Shown one piece after another: positions 56,385-64,000 of a DNA stretch of 64,000 bases. This DNA comes from a bacterium (lineage in GTDB: Bacteria > Bacillota_I > Bacilli_A > Izemoplasmatales > UBA1188). Under the pieces are notes generated by a model. The model was not told the DNA's origin. It worked only from the letters and a program-made list of their open reading frames with translations, and ran no database searches. Each line of letters opens with the position of its first letter. Position 1 is the first letter of the stretch. The stretch lies in assembly GCA_017960565.1 (NCBI GenBank), contig JAGCYY010000009.1, forward strand, positions 6,874 to 70,873, given 5' to 3'. The position numbers and the translations under genes are program-made.

Positions 56385-58496
56385 CTATTCTAGTGCTTCT
56401 AGCACGTATTTTTTTATTATTTTTATATCTGATCTCATGAGAGATACAACTTCGTTCTGTTCTTTGAATTCTTGATATGTCTTACTATTTTCAAGATTAA
56501 CTTTTGTGCCTCTTTCACGTGGAAGGTTTTGAACTCTGCCATTGTTTCTAGTAATTAATCCTAATTCTTCAAAGATGGTAAGAATGTTGTTTAAGAGATA
56601 CTTTGAGATCTTTAATTCCTTTTGAAGCATAATTTCATTAGATTCATATTTTAAACTTATAAGATAGATTGCTTCCCTTAGAAGTTTTGAATCAGTAACT
56701 TTGATACCATCAAGTTTATTGTTGTCGATTGGGGCAAGATAGATTATGCTTGGATCTTGTTCTTGGATTAGAAGATTAAGGTCACTAATAGTATCAAAAT
56801 TATCTCTTAATATCAAACCATTTTCTTTATCAAAATATTCTGCTGCTTGTTTGAAATCAAAACGATTTCTATAATCGATAATTTGAACACTTGAGACTTT
56901 ATAATCTTTTGCAATTATTTGAAGTGTTTCATAACTATTAAAACTATTGATATTTAATTCACCGACAATATCAATTAAATCACCATTCGCAAGATTAAAA
57001 GATAGTCTTGCATCATTGAATACCATTATAGAGATAAATTGCCCAGTCGACAATTTAGCTTTAATTTTTGTATGTTTTTCGGCAAGAAGTGCTGTAGATA
57101 CAACCTGTAAATCTTTGAAAATGAATGTTGAATCTTGCATATCATATTTAGTTAGTTCATTCACAAATTGAGTTGTAACTAAAGTGTGGTTTAGGCGAAC
57201 TGTACAGTCGATTGTTGATTCGTAGCCGATGATATGACTTACTTCTTTAGATAATCTTTCTTTTAATTCTTTGATGTTAGAAGCTTTCATGGATACACCA
57301 CAAGCTTTTTCATGACCACCAAATTTATCTAATAAATCACTATTCTTTTCTAGCATTTCAAGAATATTATAATCACCTATGGTTCTAAATGAACCTCTTG
57401 CATAATTTTCTTGATTTACATTAAATACACCGGTGATTTTGCCAGTTTTCTTCATAACTTTTTGAGCTATTATGCCAAGAACGCCTTCATAAAATGATGG
57501 AGAGTAGATTAAAATCACATTATCAGATGGAATTATTAATTTATATGCTAAATCTGTGTTTTGAATAGTGAGTTCTTTTCTTAATGTATCTGCATCTAAT
57601 AGAGCTTTTATATCGCTTTTGATTTTATCTACATCATCTTGAATAAGAAGATCTATCGCAACACTTGCATCGCCAATTCGTCCTAAAGAATTGATTTTAG
57701 GAGCAATATTAAAAGATATATCTTTTATACCTTTTATAGATAAATTGAGTTCATCAAGAAGCATTCTAAGCCCTAAAACATTCGAATTATTGATTCTTTT
57801 TATTCCTTCATTCACAATCGCTTTATTTTCATCGATTAAAGGCATCATGTCAGCGATTGTTCCAAGCATTACTAGATCGACATATTTTCTTATGAATTCC
57901 ATATCTAAAGCTTCTGCGATCTTAAATGATACTCCAGCACCGCATAAGCTTTCAAATGGATAATCGTGGTTGATATAAGAATGAATTATATAATCACTAT
58001 GAGGCAATTCTTCTTTTTGTTCATGGTGATCAGTAACGATTACACTTATTCCATGTTTTAAGAGTTTATCGATTTCATCGACTGAAGTTATACCATTATC
58101 GACTGTAATTACTAAATTATATTCGTCTTCTATAATCTCATCGACAGCTTCAAGTGAAAGTCCATATCCTTCAGAAAATCTATTCGGTACTTTAAAATAA
58201 ACATTAGCGCCTTTATCTTTTAGCGCACGATAAAGTATTGCGGTTGCGGTTATTCCATCAACATCATAATCACCATAGATAAGTATTTTTTCGTTGTTTC
58301 TAATGGATAATTTAATTTTCTTGATGACAATATCCATATTCTTGAATAAAAATGGGTCATAGAAATCTTTGAACCCAAGATTCTGATATTTGATATAATC
58401 ATCTATTCCTCTGATTTTATGAAGAATATCGATTATTTCAGAATCGTTATAATTATTCTCATATTGAATTATCCATTTATTTTTTGGAAGAATCAT
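56385..58496 (-). CDS. recJ: single-stranded-DNA-specific exonuclease RecJ
   Basis: DHH motifs YGDYDVDGITA, TVDNG and VTDHH; DHHA1 GGHEKACG. Confidence 0.9.
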   Translation of the reverse strand: MILPKNKWIIQYENNYNDSEIIDILHKIRGIDDYIKYQNLGFKDFYDPFLFKNMDIVIKKIKLSIRNNEKILIYGDYDVDGITATAILYRALKDKGANVYFKVPNRFSEGYGLSLEAVDEIIEDEYNLVITVDNGITSVDEIDKLLKHGISVIVTDHHEQKEELPHSDYIIHSYINHDYPFESLCGAGVSFKIAEALDMEFIRKYVDLVMLGTIADMMPLIDENKAIVNEGIKRINNSNVLGLRMLLDELNLSIKGIKDISFNIAPKINSLGRIGDASVAIDLLIQDDVDKIKSDIKALLDADTLRKELTIQNTDLAYKLIIPSDNVILIYSPSFYEGVLGIIAQKVMKKTGKITGVFNVNQENYARGSFRTIGDYNILEMLEKNSDLLDKFGGHEKACGVSMKASNIKELKERLSKEVSHIIGYESTIDCTVRLNHTLVTTQFVNELTKYDMQDSTFIFKDLQVVSTALLAEKHTKIKAKLSTGQFISIMVFNDARLSFNLANGDLIDIVGELNINSFNSYETLQIIAKDYKVSSVQIIDYRNRFDFKQAAEYFDKENGLILRDNFDTISDLNLLIQEQDPSIIYLAPIDNNKLDGIKVTDSKLLREAIYLISLKYESNEIMLQKELKISKYLLNNILTIFEELGLITRNNGRVQNLPRERGTKVNLENSKTYQEFKEQNEVVSLMRSDIKIIKKYVLEALE

Positions 58497-58558
58497 TCTT
58501 CTCCTCCTATGGTAACTTTGTTTATTATAATATAATAAGATATATTGTAAATAGATTT

Positions 58559-59596
58559 TTAGAAATTAATTGAAAAGTCTGTCTTTTCATCAAATGAATG
58601 ATCGATTCTAAGCCATTTGGCAGATCTGCCTCTTCCAAATGGAACAATTTTTCCTTCATCAGATAATTTTTTTAATGATCTGTCGATTGTAGAATCAGAA
58701 ACACCTGGTAGTTTTTTGCGAATATCTTCTTTTGTGAATGTTTCATTTAGGCTATAGATTACAACTTCGACATTTTTGATTTTCTTAAGTTGTTTATCAA
58801 AGGCAAGATTATTGTAGAGGTCTTCTAAAGAGGCATATGAATCTTTTAAAATATTTAAAAATATTCTTGATGTTTTTGTAAAATCAGATATGCCTTCTTC
58901 ATAATGATAGAAAGCTTGAAGACAAGAATCTTTAAGTTCTTTCTTTTTTTGTGATAAAGCTTTAAAGAAAGAATAATAACGGATAGATTCGATTTCAGAT
59001 TCAATCATTAGGCAATATAAGACGATGATAGCTACTACATCGTTGTAATATTTAAATGGGGAAAGTTTCATTAAATCGATATAGAATGCAATATTTAAAT
59101 ATATCCTTTCAACATCGTTTTCTTTGATTAATTTGTTGTATTCGTTGGTTAGTTTTTCTAATCTTTCTCGATATGATATTTCATTCTTTTCATGTTTTTT
59201 TAAGGTATTTGGATATGCAGAATGTTTTGTGATTAGAAGCGCTAGATCTTGAATTTCTCTAGTGTCTACTTTAAAAGATGTACCATTTTCAATAGAATCA
59301 AAGATTTTTCTTATATTTATAGCGATGATTTCTTGTGTGTTTTTAGGACTATCGATAAATTTGCTTTCGGAGATTTGTTTGAGCCTTGTATCTGATAGAT
59401 TGTAATCGTTAAAGAAAGTTCTAAAAAGATAAAAGACATCTTCTTTCATCGTAAGTTCTTTATATAGTGCTTGGTTTTCATCTAGATATTTAATCGTGTT
59501 GATGCCAGCACCAATTTTTTTATATAAATCACAATATTCCTTGAATATGCTTCTTGGAAGATCTGGATTCATTGCATTTTTCATTGCACTAAACAT
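58559..59596 (-). CDS. Fic-fold protein with degenerate active-site motif and C-terminal winged-HTH
   Basis: 345 aa. The helix-loop IAFYIDLMKLSPFKYYNDVVAIIVLYCL occupies the place of ...HPFxDGNGRxxR... (SPFKYYNDV at 59036-59062). The C-terminus VSDSTIDRSLKKLSDEGKIVPFGRGRSAKW is the wHTH typical of ~350-aa Fic proteins. The start lies 3 nt after the parC stop. Confidence 0.55.
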   Translation of the reverse strand: MFSAMKNAMNPDLPRSIFKEYCDLYKKIGAGINTIKYLDENQALYKELTMKEDVFYLFRTFFNDYNLSDTRLKQISESKFIDSPKNTQEIIAINIRKIFDSIENGTSFKVDTREIQDLALLITKHSAYPNTLKKHEKNEISYRERLEKLTNEYNKLIKENDVERIYLNIAFYIDLMKLSPFKYYNDVVAIIVLYCLMIESEIESIRYYSFFKALSQKKKELKDSCLQAFYHYEEGISDFTKTSRIFLNILKDSYASLEDLYNNLAFDKQLKKIKNVEVVIYSLNETFTKEDIRKKLPGVSDSTIDRSLKKLSDEGKIVPFGRGRSAKWLRIDHSFDEKTDFSINF

Positions 59597-59599
59597 AAA

Positions 59600-62323
59600 T
59601 TAAAATAAATCCTCTATAAGTTCATCATTATCTAAATCGTCTATTGATTTTTTGTCATCTTTGTTAAAATCACTGTTTAAGTTCGTTGGGAGTATTTCAA
59701 AATCGCTATCAGATGTAACATTTGTATCATTATTATCATTCATAAAATCATACATAGTTGTCTGTTTCTCAATGATTTCTCCAAGTTCATCTATTAGGGA
59801 ATTTGGATGAGCATCTTTAATTTCTTGAATATTTTTTTGAAGTTCTTTATGAAGTTCATTTTCATATTTTTGATAAAGATTCTTATTTATTATTTTGAGA
59901 TTAATAGATATCGGAAGTTTATTGTTTATTAAAGGAATGCCATTTTCATATGTGTCTCTTGGCATCTCATTTCCTTTAATTTTTAATATTTCTGAATCGG
60001 TTTGTATATCTATTTCGATAGAATCTTTATATTTAGATGGGTTTGTGACAATCGCACTGATGCAGTAATATGGATTAGATTTAACTGCCTTTAAATAGGT
60101 CCTTGCAAAGCCTAAACGTTTAGTCCTTGCAATTTCAGATAGATAGATTCTCTTAAGTCCTCCTCTATTAGTAAGAAGCAATAATTCTTCTTTATAATAA
60201 TTTGGCACTAACATAGAAATCACTACTTCATCACCACGTTTTAGGTTGATGTTTTTAACGCCAACAGCTTTAGCACCAGCGATGCTTACTTCGCTCTTCG
60301 CATATTTTAAGATATGACCATATTTAGTCACAGTCACAACCTCTTCAGTATCAGCACTTTCAAGAGATGCTGAAATTACAGTATCTCCTTCAAGAAGTTT
60401 CATGGCAAGTCCTCTACGATAACGTTTTTCAAAGAACTCATCAGTAACCATGAGCTTTATTTTGCCAAGACGAGTTGATAATAATACTTTAGTGCCAGAT
60501 ACAGGTTGATCTTTTATATGGTTTATTCCAACTATTCTATCTGCACCGGTTAAATCAAATATACTACCAATATATGTCCCTAATTCTTTATATTTTATTT
60601 CTGGAATTTTATATACTGGAAGATTTATATATGATCCATATGTTGTAAAGAGGAGAATTGTATCCATAGTATTACATTCTTCATCAAAAATGATAAAATC
60701 ATTATCTTTAAGACCTGGTGATTGTGTATCAACGGATTGAATATAAGATTTTAGAGATAATCTTTTGATATAACCATCTTTAGAGATTAAAACTCTTACA
60801 TCTTCAGGTATTATCAATTCTTCTTCTTTGACAGTTACTGTGTGATCTTCTTCAGTTATTTCTGTCCTTCTTGGAGAAACAATTTTTTCATTTATCTCTT
60901 CTAATTCTTGAATAATTACTTTCTTTAGAGCATTTTCATTGGATAAAATATATTCAAGTTTCTTTATTTCTTTTTCTAAATTGGCTTTTTCTTGAATCAA
61001 TTCTTCAACATTATATTTCGATAATCTATAGAGTTGCAAAGTAACGATAGCTTCCGCTTGAAGTTCAGTAAAACCATAGATTTTCATAATGTTTGTCTTA
61101 CTTTCAGCTTTACCATTAGATTGTTTGATTGTGTGAATAACATCGTCACTAATTGCGACTAATTTTACTAAACCTTCTACGATATGAAGACGTTTTTTAG
61201 CTTTATCGATCTCATAATAAGATCTATTTCTTATCATCTCTTTTGTATGATTGATATAAGCATCAATCACATCTAAAATCCCAAGTATCATTGGGCTTCT
61301 ATCGACAATAGCGACTAGATTATATGAGAAATTAATTTGTAGTTCAGTGTTTTTTAATAGATAATTTAGAATAACTGAAGGATTTGATTCGTTTTTAGTT
61401 TCGATGACAATTCTTAAGCCTTCTTTATCAGATTCATCTCTTACTTCAATAATTCCATCGATTTTTTTAGATGAGGCAATCGAATCGATCTTTTTTACAA
61501 GATTAGCTTTGTTTACACCATAAGGAATCTCATTTATGATGATGTTGTGGCCCTCAACTTTAGATTTAGAACGGATGACAACTTTACCTCTTCCAGTTGT
61601 GAAAGCATCTCTTAATTCTTTGGTGTTGTGAATGATACCACCTGTAGGAAAATCTGGACCAGGTAGAATCGCCATTGCTTCATCTACTGAAATATTAGGA
61701 TTTTTAATTCTTTCTATTGTGAGTCTAACTGTCTCATTTAAATTGTGAGGTGGAATATTTGTTGCATATCCAGCAGAGATTCCATCAGCGCCATTTACAA
61801 GCAAATTAGGGAATTTCGCAGGCAAAACAACAGGTTCTATTTCACTATCATCATAATTTGGAATGAATGTGACAGTTTTTTTATCGATATCTTTTAAAAG
61901 ATACATTGCGGCAAGGGAAAGTCTCGCTTCTGTGTAACGCATTGCCGCAGCACTATCGCCATCTATTGAACCATTGTTTCCATGCATATCTATAAGTGGT
62001 AGATTGATTTTGAAATCTTGGCTCATTCTTACAAGTGCATCATAGACTGATGAATCACCATGTGGATGGTATTTACCGATAACTTCACCGACGATTCTAG
62101 CACTCTTTTTATATGGTTCTCCATATACCATTCCAACAGCTTTCATGGCATATAGAATTCTTCTTTGTACAGGCTTTAAGCCATCTCTAACATCAGGTAT
62201 AGCACGATCTTGAATGATATATTTTGCGTAGCTTCCAAATCTATCTCCCATAATAGATTCTAGGTATTCAGTTTGGATCTTACTATCGACAAATTGTTCT
62301 ATTTCTTTAGATTTTTTTGCCAT
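59600..62323 (-). CDS. parC: type IIA topoisomerase subunit A, most likely topoisomerase IV ParC
   Basis: RFGSYAKYIIQDRAIPDVRDGLKPVQRRILY (the Q in PVQRR is ParC-like), HPHGD, and the active-site AAMRYTE Tyr. 907 aa with an acidic C-terminal tail. Confidence 0.85.
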   Translation of the reverse strand: MAKKSKEIEQFVDSKIQTEYLESIMGDRFGSYAKYIIQDRAIPDVRDGLKPVQRRILYAMKAVGMVYGEPYKKSARIVGEVIGKYHPHGDSSVYDALVRMSQDFKINLPLIDMHGNNGSIDGDSAAAMRYTEARLSLAAMYLLKDIDKKTVTFIPNYDDSEIEPVVLPAKFPNLLVNGADGISAGYATNIPPHNLNETVRLTIERIKNPNISVDEAMAILPGPDFPTGGIIHNTKELRDAFTTGRGKVVIRSKSKVEGHNIIINEIPYGVNKANLVKKIDSIASSKKIDGIIEVRDESDKEGLRIVIETKNESNPSVILNYLLKNTELQINFSYNLVAIVDRSPMILGILDVIDAYINHTKEMIRNRSYYEIDKAKKRLHIVEGLVKLVAISDDVIHTIKQSNGKAESKTNIMKIYGFTELQAEAIVTLQLYRLSKYNVEELIQEKANLEKEIKKLEYILSNENALKKVIIQELEEINEKIVSPRRTEITEEDHTVTVKEEELIIPEDVRVLISKDGYIKRLSLKSYIQSVDTQSPGLKDNDFIIFDEECNTMDTILLFTTYGSYINLPVYKIPEIKYKELGTYIGSIFDLTGADRIVGINHIKDQPVSGTKVLLSTRLGKIKLMVTDEFFEKRYRRGLAMKLLEGDTVISASLESADTEEVVTVTKYGHILKYAKSEVSIAGAKAVGVKNINLKRGDEVVISMLVPNYYKEELLLLTNRGGLKRIYLSEIARTKRLGFARTYLKAVKSNPYYCISAIVTNPSKYKDSIEIDIQTDSEILKIKGNEMPRDTYENGIPLINNKLPISINLKIINKNLYQKYENELHKELQKNIQEIKDAHPNSLIDELGEIIEKQTTMYDFMNDNNDTNVTSDSDFEILPTNLNSDFNKDDKKSIDDLDNDELIEDLF

Positions 62324-62326
62324 AGA

Positions 62327-64000
62327 TTATATATCCTCCTTTGCTACTTCAAAGTCATCAATTTCATTGAAAGATACGTTGTTGTCAATCCAACGTTTTC
62401 TTGGATCTACATCATCGCCCATCAGTGTTCTAACAGATGTATCTGCTTCAGCAAAATCTTCGACTTTAACTTGTATTAAAGTTCTTGTCTTAGGATCCAT
62501 TGTGGTTTCCCAAAGCTGATCTGCGTTCATTTCACCAAGACCTTTATATCTTTGAATATTATATTTTTGAAGTTTATGAGTGATTTCATCTTTTTCTTCA
62601 TCTGAATAGACATATTGAACTCTTTTGCCTTTAGATGTTGAAGTTTCAATTTTATATAGTGGTGGTTTTGCGATATAGACTTTACCATTTAAGACAAGAT
62701 CGGTCATATATCTAAAGAAGAATGTTAAAAGGAGACATTGAATATGGGCTCCATCCACATCAGCATCTGTCATAATGATAATCTTGTCATAATTTGCTTT
62801 TTTGATATTAAAATCTTTGCCAAAAGAAGCACCGATTGTATAAATCATTGTGTTCAATTCTTCGTTTTTTAAAATATCTTCTATTGTCGCTTTTTCAGTA
62901 TTCATAACCTTACCACGAAGTGGTAATATAGCTTGGAATCTTCTATCTCGACCTTGTTTCGCAGAACCTCCCGCAGAATCACCTTCGACAATAAATAATT
63001 CGTTAATTTTATTATTTTTGCTGGAAGCTGGAGATAATTTACCGCTTAAATTTTGTTCTACTTTGGTTTTGCTCTTGATTAGACGCACTGAATCTCTTGC
63101 TTTTCTTGCGGCTTCTCTAGCCATTCTTGCTTGATATGCACGTTGTAAAAGATTTGAGATGATTGGTTGGTTTTCGGTGAAGAAAAATAATAATTTATCT
63201 GATACAACATCTTCGACAACTGTCTTAGCGAGTGGAGTACCGAGTTTTTCTTTTGTTTGTCCTTCGAATTCTAGAATCGATTCAGGGACTTTAAGTGATA
63301 ATACTGCGACCAATCCATCACGAACATCTGCACCTTCAAATGGCGTATCTTTTTCTTTTAAGATACCTAATTTATAGGCAAAATCATTAAATGTTTTTGT
63401 GAGAGCTGTTTTAAAACCAATCTCATGAGTTCCAGCATCTTTAGTGCGAACATTGTTGACGAATGAATGAATATTATCGCCGTATGAATCACGCAAATAT
63501 TGAATACTAAATTCTACATTGATTTTTGATGATTCTTGTTCAAAATAGATTGGAGAATCGATTATCTTGTTTTTGCCTTCTGATAATAGTTCAACATATT
63601 CTTGAATACCATTTTCATATGAAAATATTTCTTTTTGTCTATTTCTTTCATCAATTAATGTTAGTGTTAAACCTTTGATTAAGAAAGCACATTCTTGAAC
63701 CCTTTCTCTTATTGTTTGATAATTAAAAAGTGTTGTTGAAAAAATGGTATGATCAGGTTTGAACCATACTTCTGAACCATGTTTTTTAGTATCGCCTAAT
63801 ATCTCTAATTCTTTATTATATTTTTTACCACCATTCATAAATCTTTGATGGTAAATTTTGCCATTTTTATATGCTTTGACATCGACCCAATCAGAAAGGG
63901 CATTCACAACTGATGCACCTACGCCATGTAATCCACCTGATGTTTTATATGCACCATTTTCACTAAATTTACCACCAGCGTGTAAAACTGTGAAAATGAC
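62327..64000 (-). CDS. parE: type IIA topoisomerase subunit B, most likely ParE (N-terminus outside window)
   Basis: The frame stays open to the window edge: 63908-64000 encodes ...TVLHAGGKFSENGAYKTSGGLHGVGASVV. TOPRIM motifs EGDSAGG and IMTDADVDG. Its stop lies 3 nt before the parC start. Confidence 0.85.
   Translation of the reverse strand, partial: VIFTVLHAGGKFSENGAYKTSGGLHGVGASVVNALSDWVDVKAYKNGKIYHQRFMNGGKKYNKELEILGDTKKHGSEVWFKPDHTIFSTTLFNYQTIRERVQECAFLIKGLTLTLIDERNRQKEIFSYENGIQEYVELLSEGKNKIIDSPIYFEQESSKINVEFSIQYLRDSYGDNIHSFVNNVRTKDAGTHEIGFKTALTKTFNDFAYKLGILKEKDTPFEGADVRDGLVAVLSLKVPESILEFEGQTKEKLGTPLAKTVVEDVVSDKLLFFFTENQPIISNLLQRAYQARMAREAARKARDSVRLIKSKTKVEQNLSGKLSPASSKNNKINELFIVEGDSAGGSAKQGRDRRFQAILPLRGKVMNTEKATIEDILKNEELNTMIYTIGASFGKDFNIKKANYDKIIIMTDADVDGAHIQCLLLTFFFRYMTDLVLNGKVYIAKPPLYKIETSTSKGKRVQYVYSDEEKDEITHKLQKYNIQRYKGLGEMNADQLWETTMDPKTRTLIQVKVEDFAEADTSVRTLMGDDVDPRKRWIDNNVSFNEIDDFEVAKEDI

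Overview
Strongly AT-rich, gene-dense chromosomal window from a low-GC Bacillota / Mycoplasmatota-like bacterium. It uses the standard genetic code: TGA acts as a stop in several ATGA stop/start overlaps, and no long ORF needs TGA read-through. I support about 55 protein genes, one tRNA-Arg(UCU), a Val-specific T-box leader upstream of valS, a possible L21 leader, and several intrinsic terminators and sigma-A-type promoters. I see no rRNA, CRISPR array, transposase, integrase or phage genes.

Nearly all genes are housekeeping:
- Glycerol catabolism: glpK with a GlpA-like, oxidoreductase and DUF1667 trio.
- Nucleotide salvage: a 5'-nucleotidase lipoprotein, guaA-like, pdp, deoD, deoC, apt, thyA, folA and comEB.
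- Translation: valS, hisS, aspS, rplU, rpmA, dtd, engB and obg.
- DNA transactions: radC, ruvA, rarA, recU, an ssb paralog, recJ and parE/parC.
- Envelope and division: lspA, sepF, yggT and lipoproteins.

Genes run on the + strand up to about 33.6 kb and almost entirely on the - strand after that.

Items most worth a second look:
1. A translationally coupled three-gene operon inserted between rpmA and obg. It encodes an HExxH membrane peptidase-like protein, a small YcxB-like membrane protein, and a 2319-aa membrane-anchored repeat protein.
2. A Fic-fold protein with a degenerate active-site motif, encoded 3 nt downstream of parE-parC.
3. A roughly 110-nt bipartite element present twice in inverted orientation (28.84 kb and 33.75 kb), bracketing obg-ruvA-rarA.
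4. Two unusually long non-coding gaps of about 0.8-0.9 kb, one containing an imperfect direct repeat.
5. An RNase J paralog in which every metal-ligand motif I checked except the DF(K/N)FD motif is lost.
6. A stand-alone GMP-synthase ATP-pyrophosphatase subunit.
7. An L27 with a pro-peptide but no adjacent prp gene.

All functional calls rest on motif recognition by eye. No database search or computation was run.
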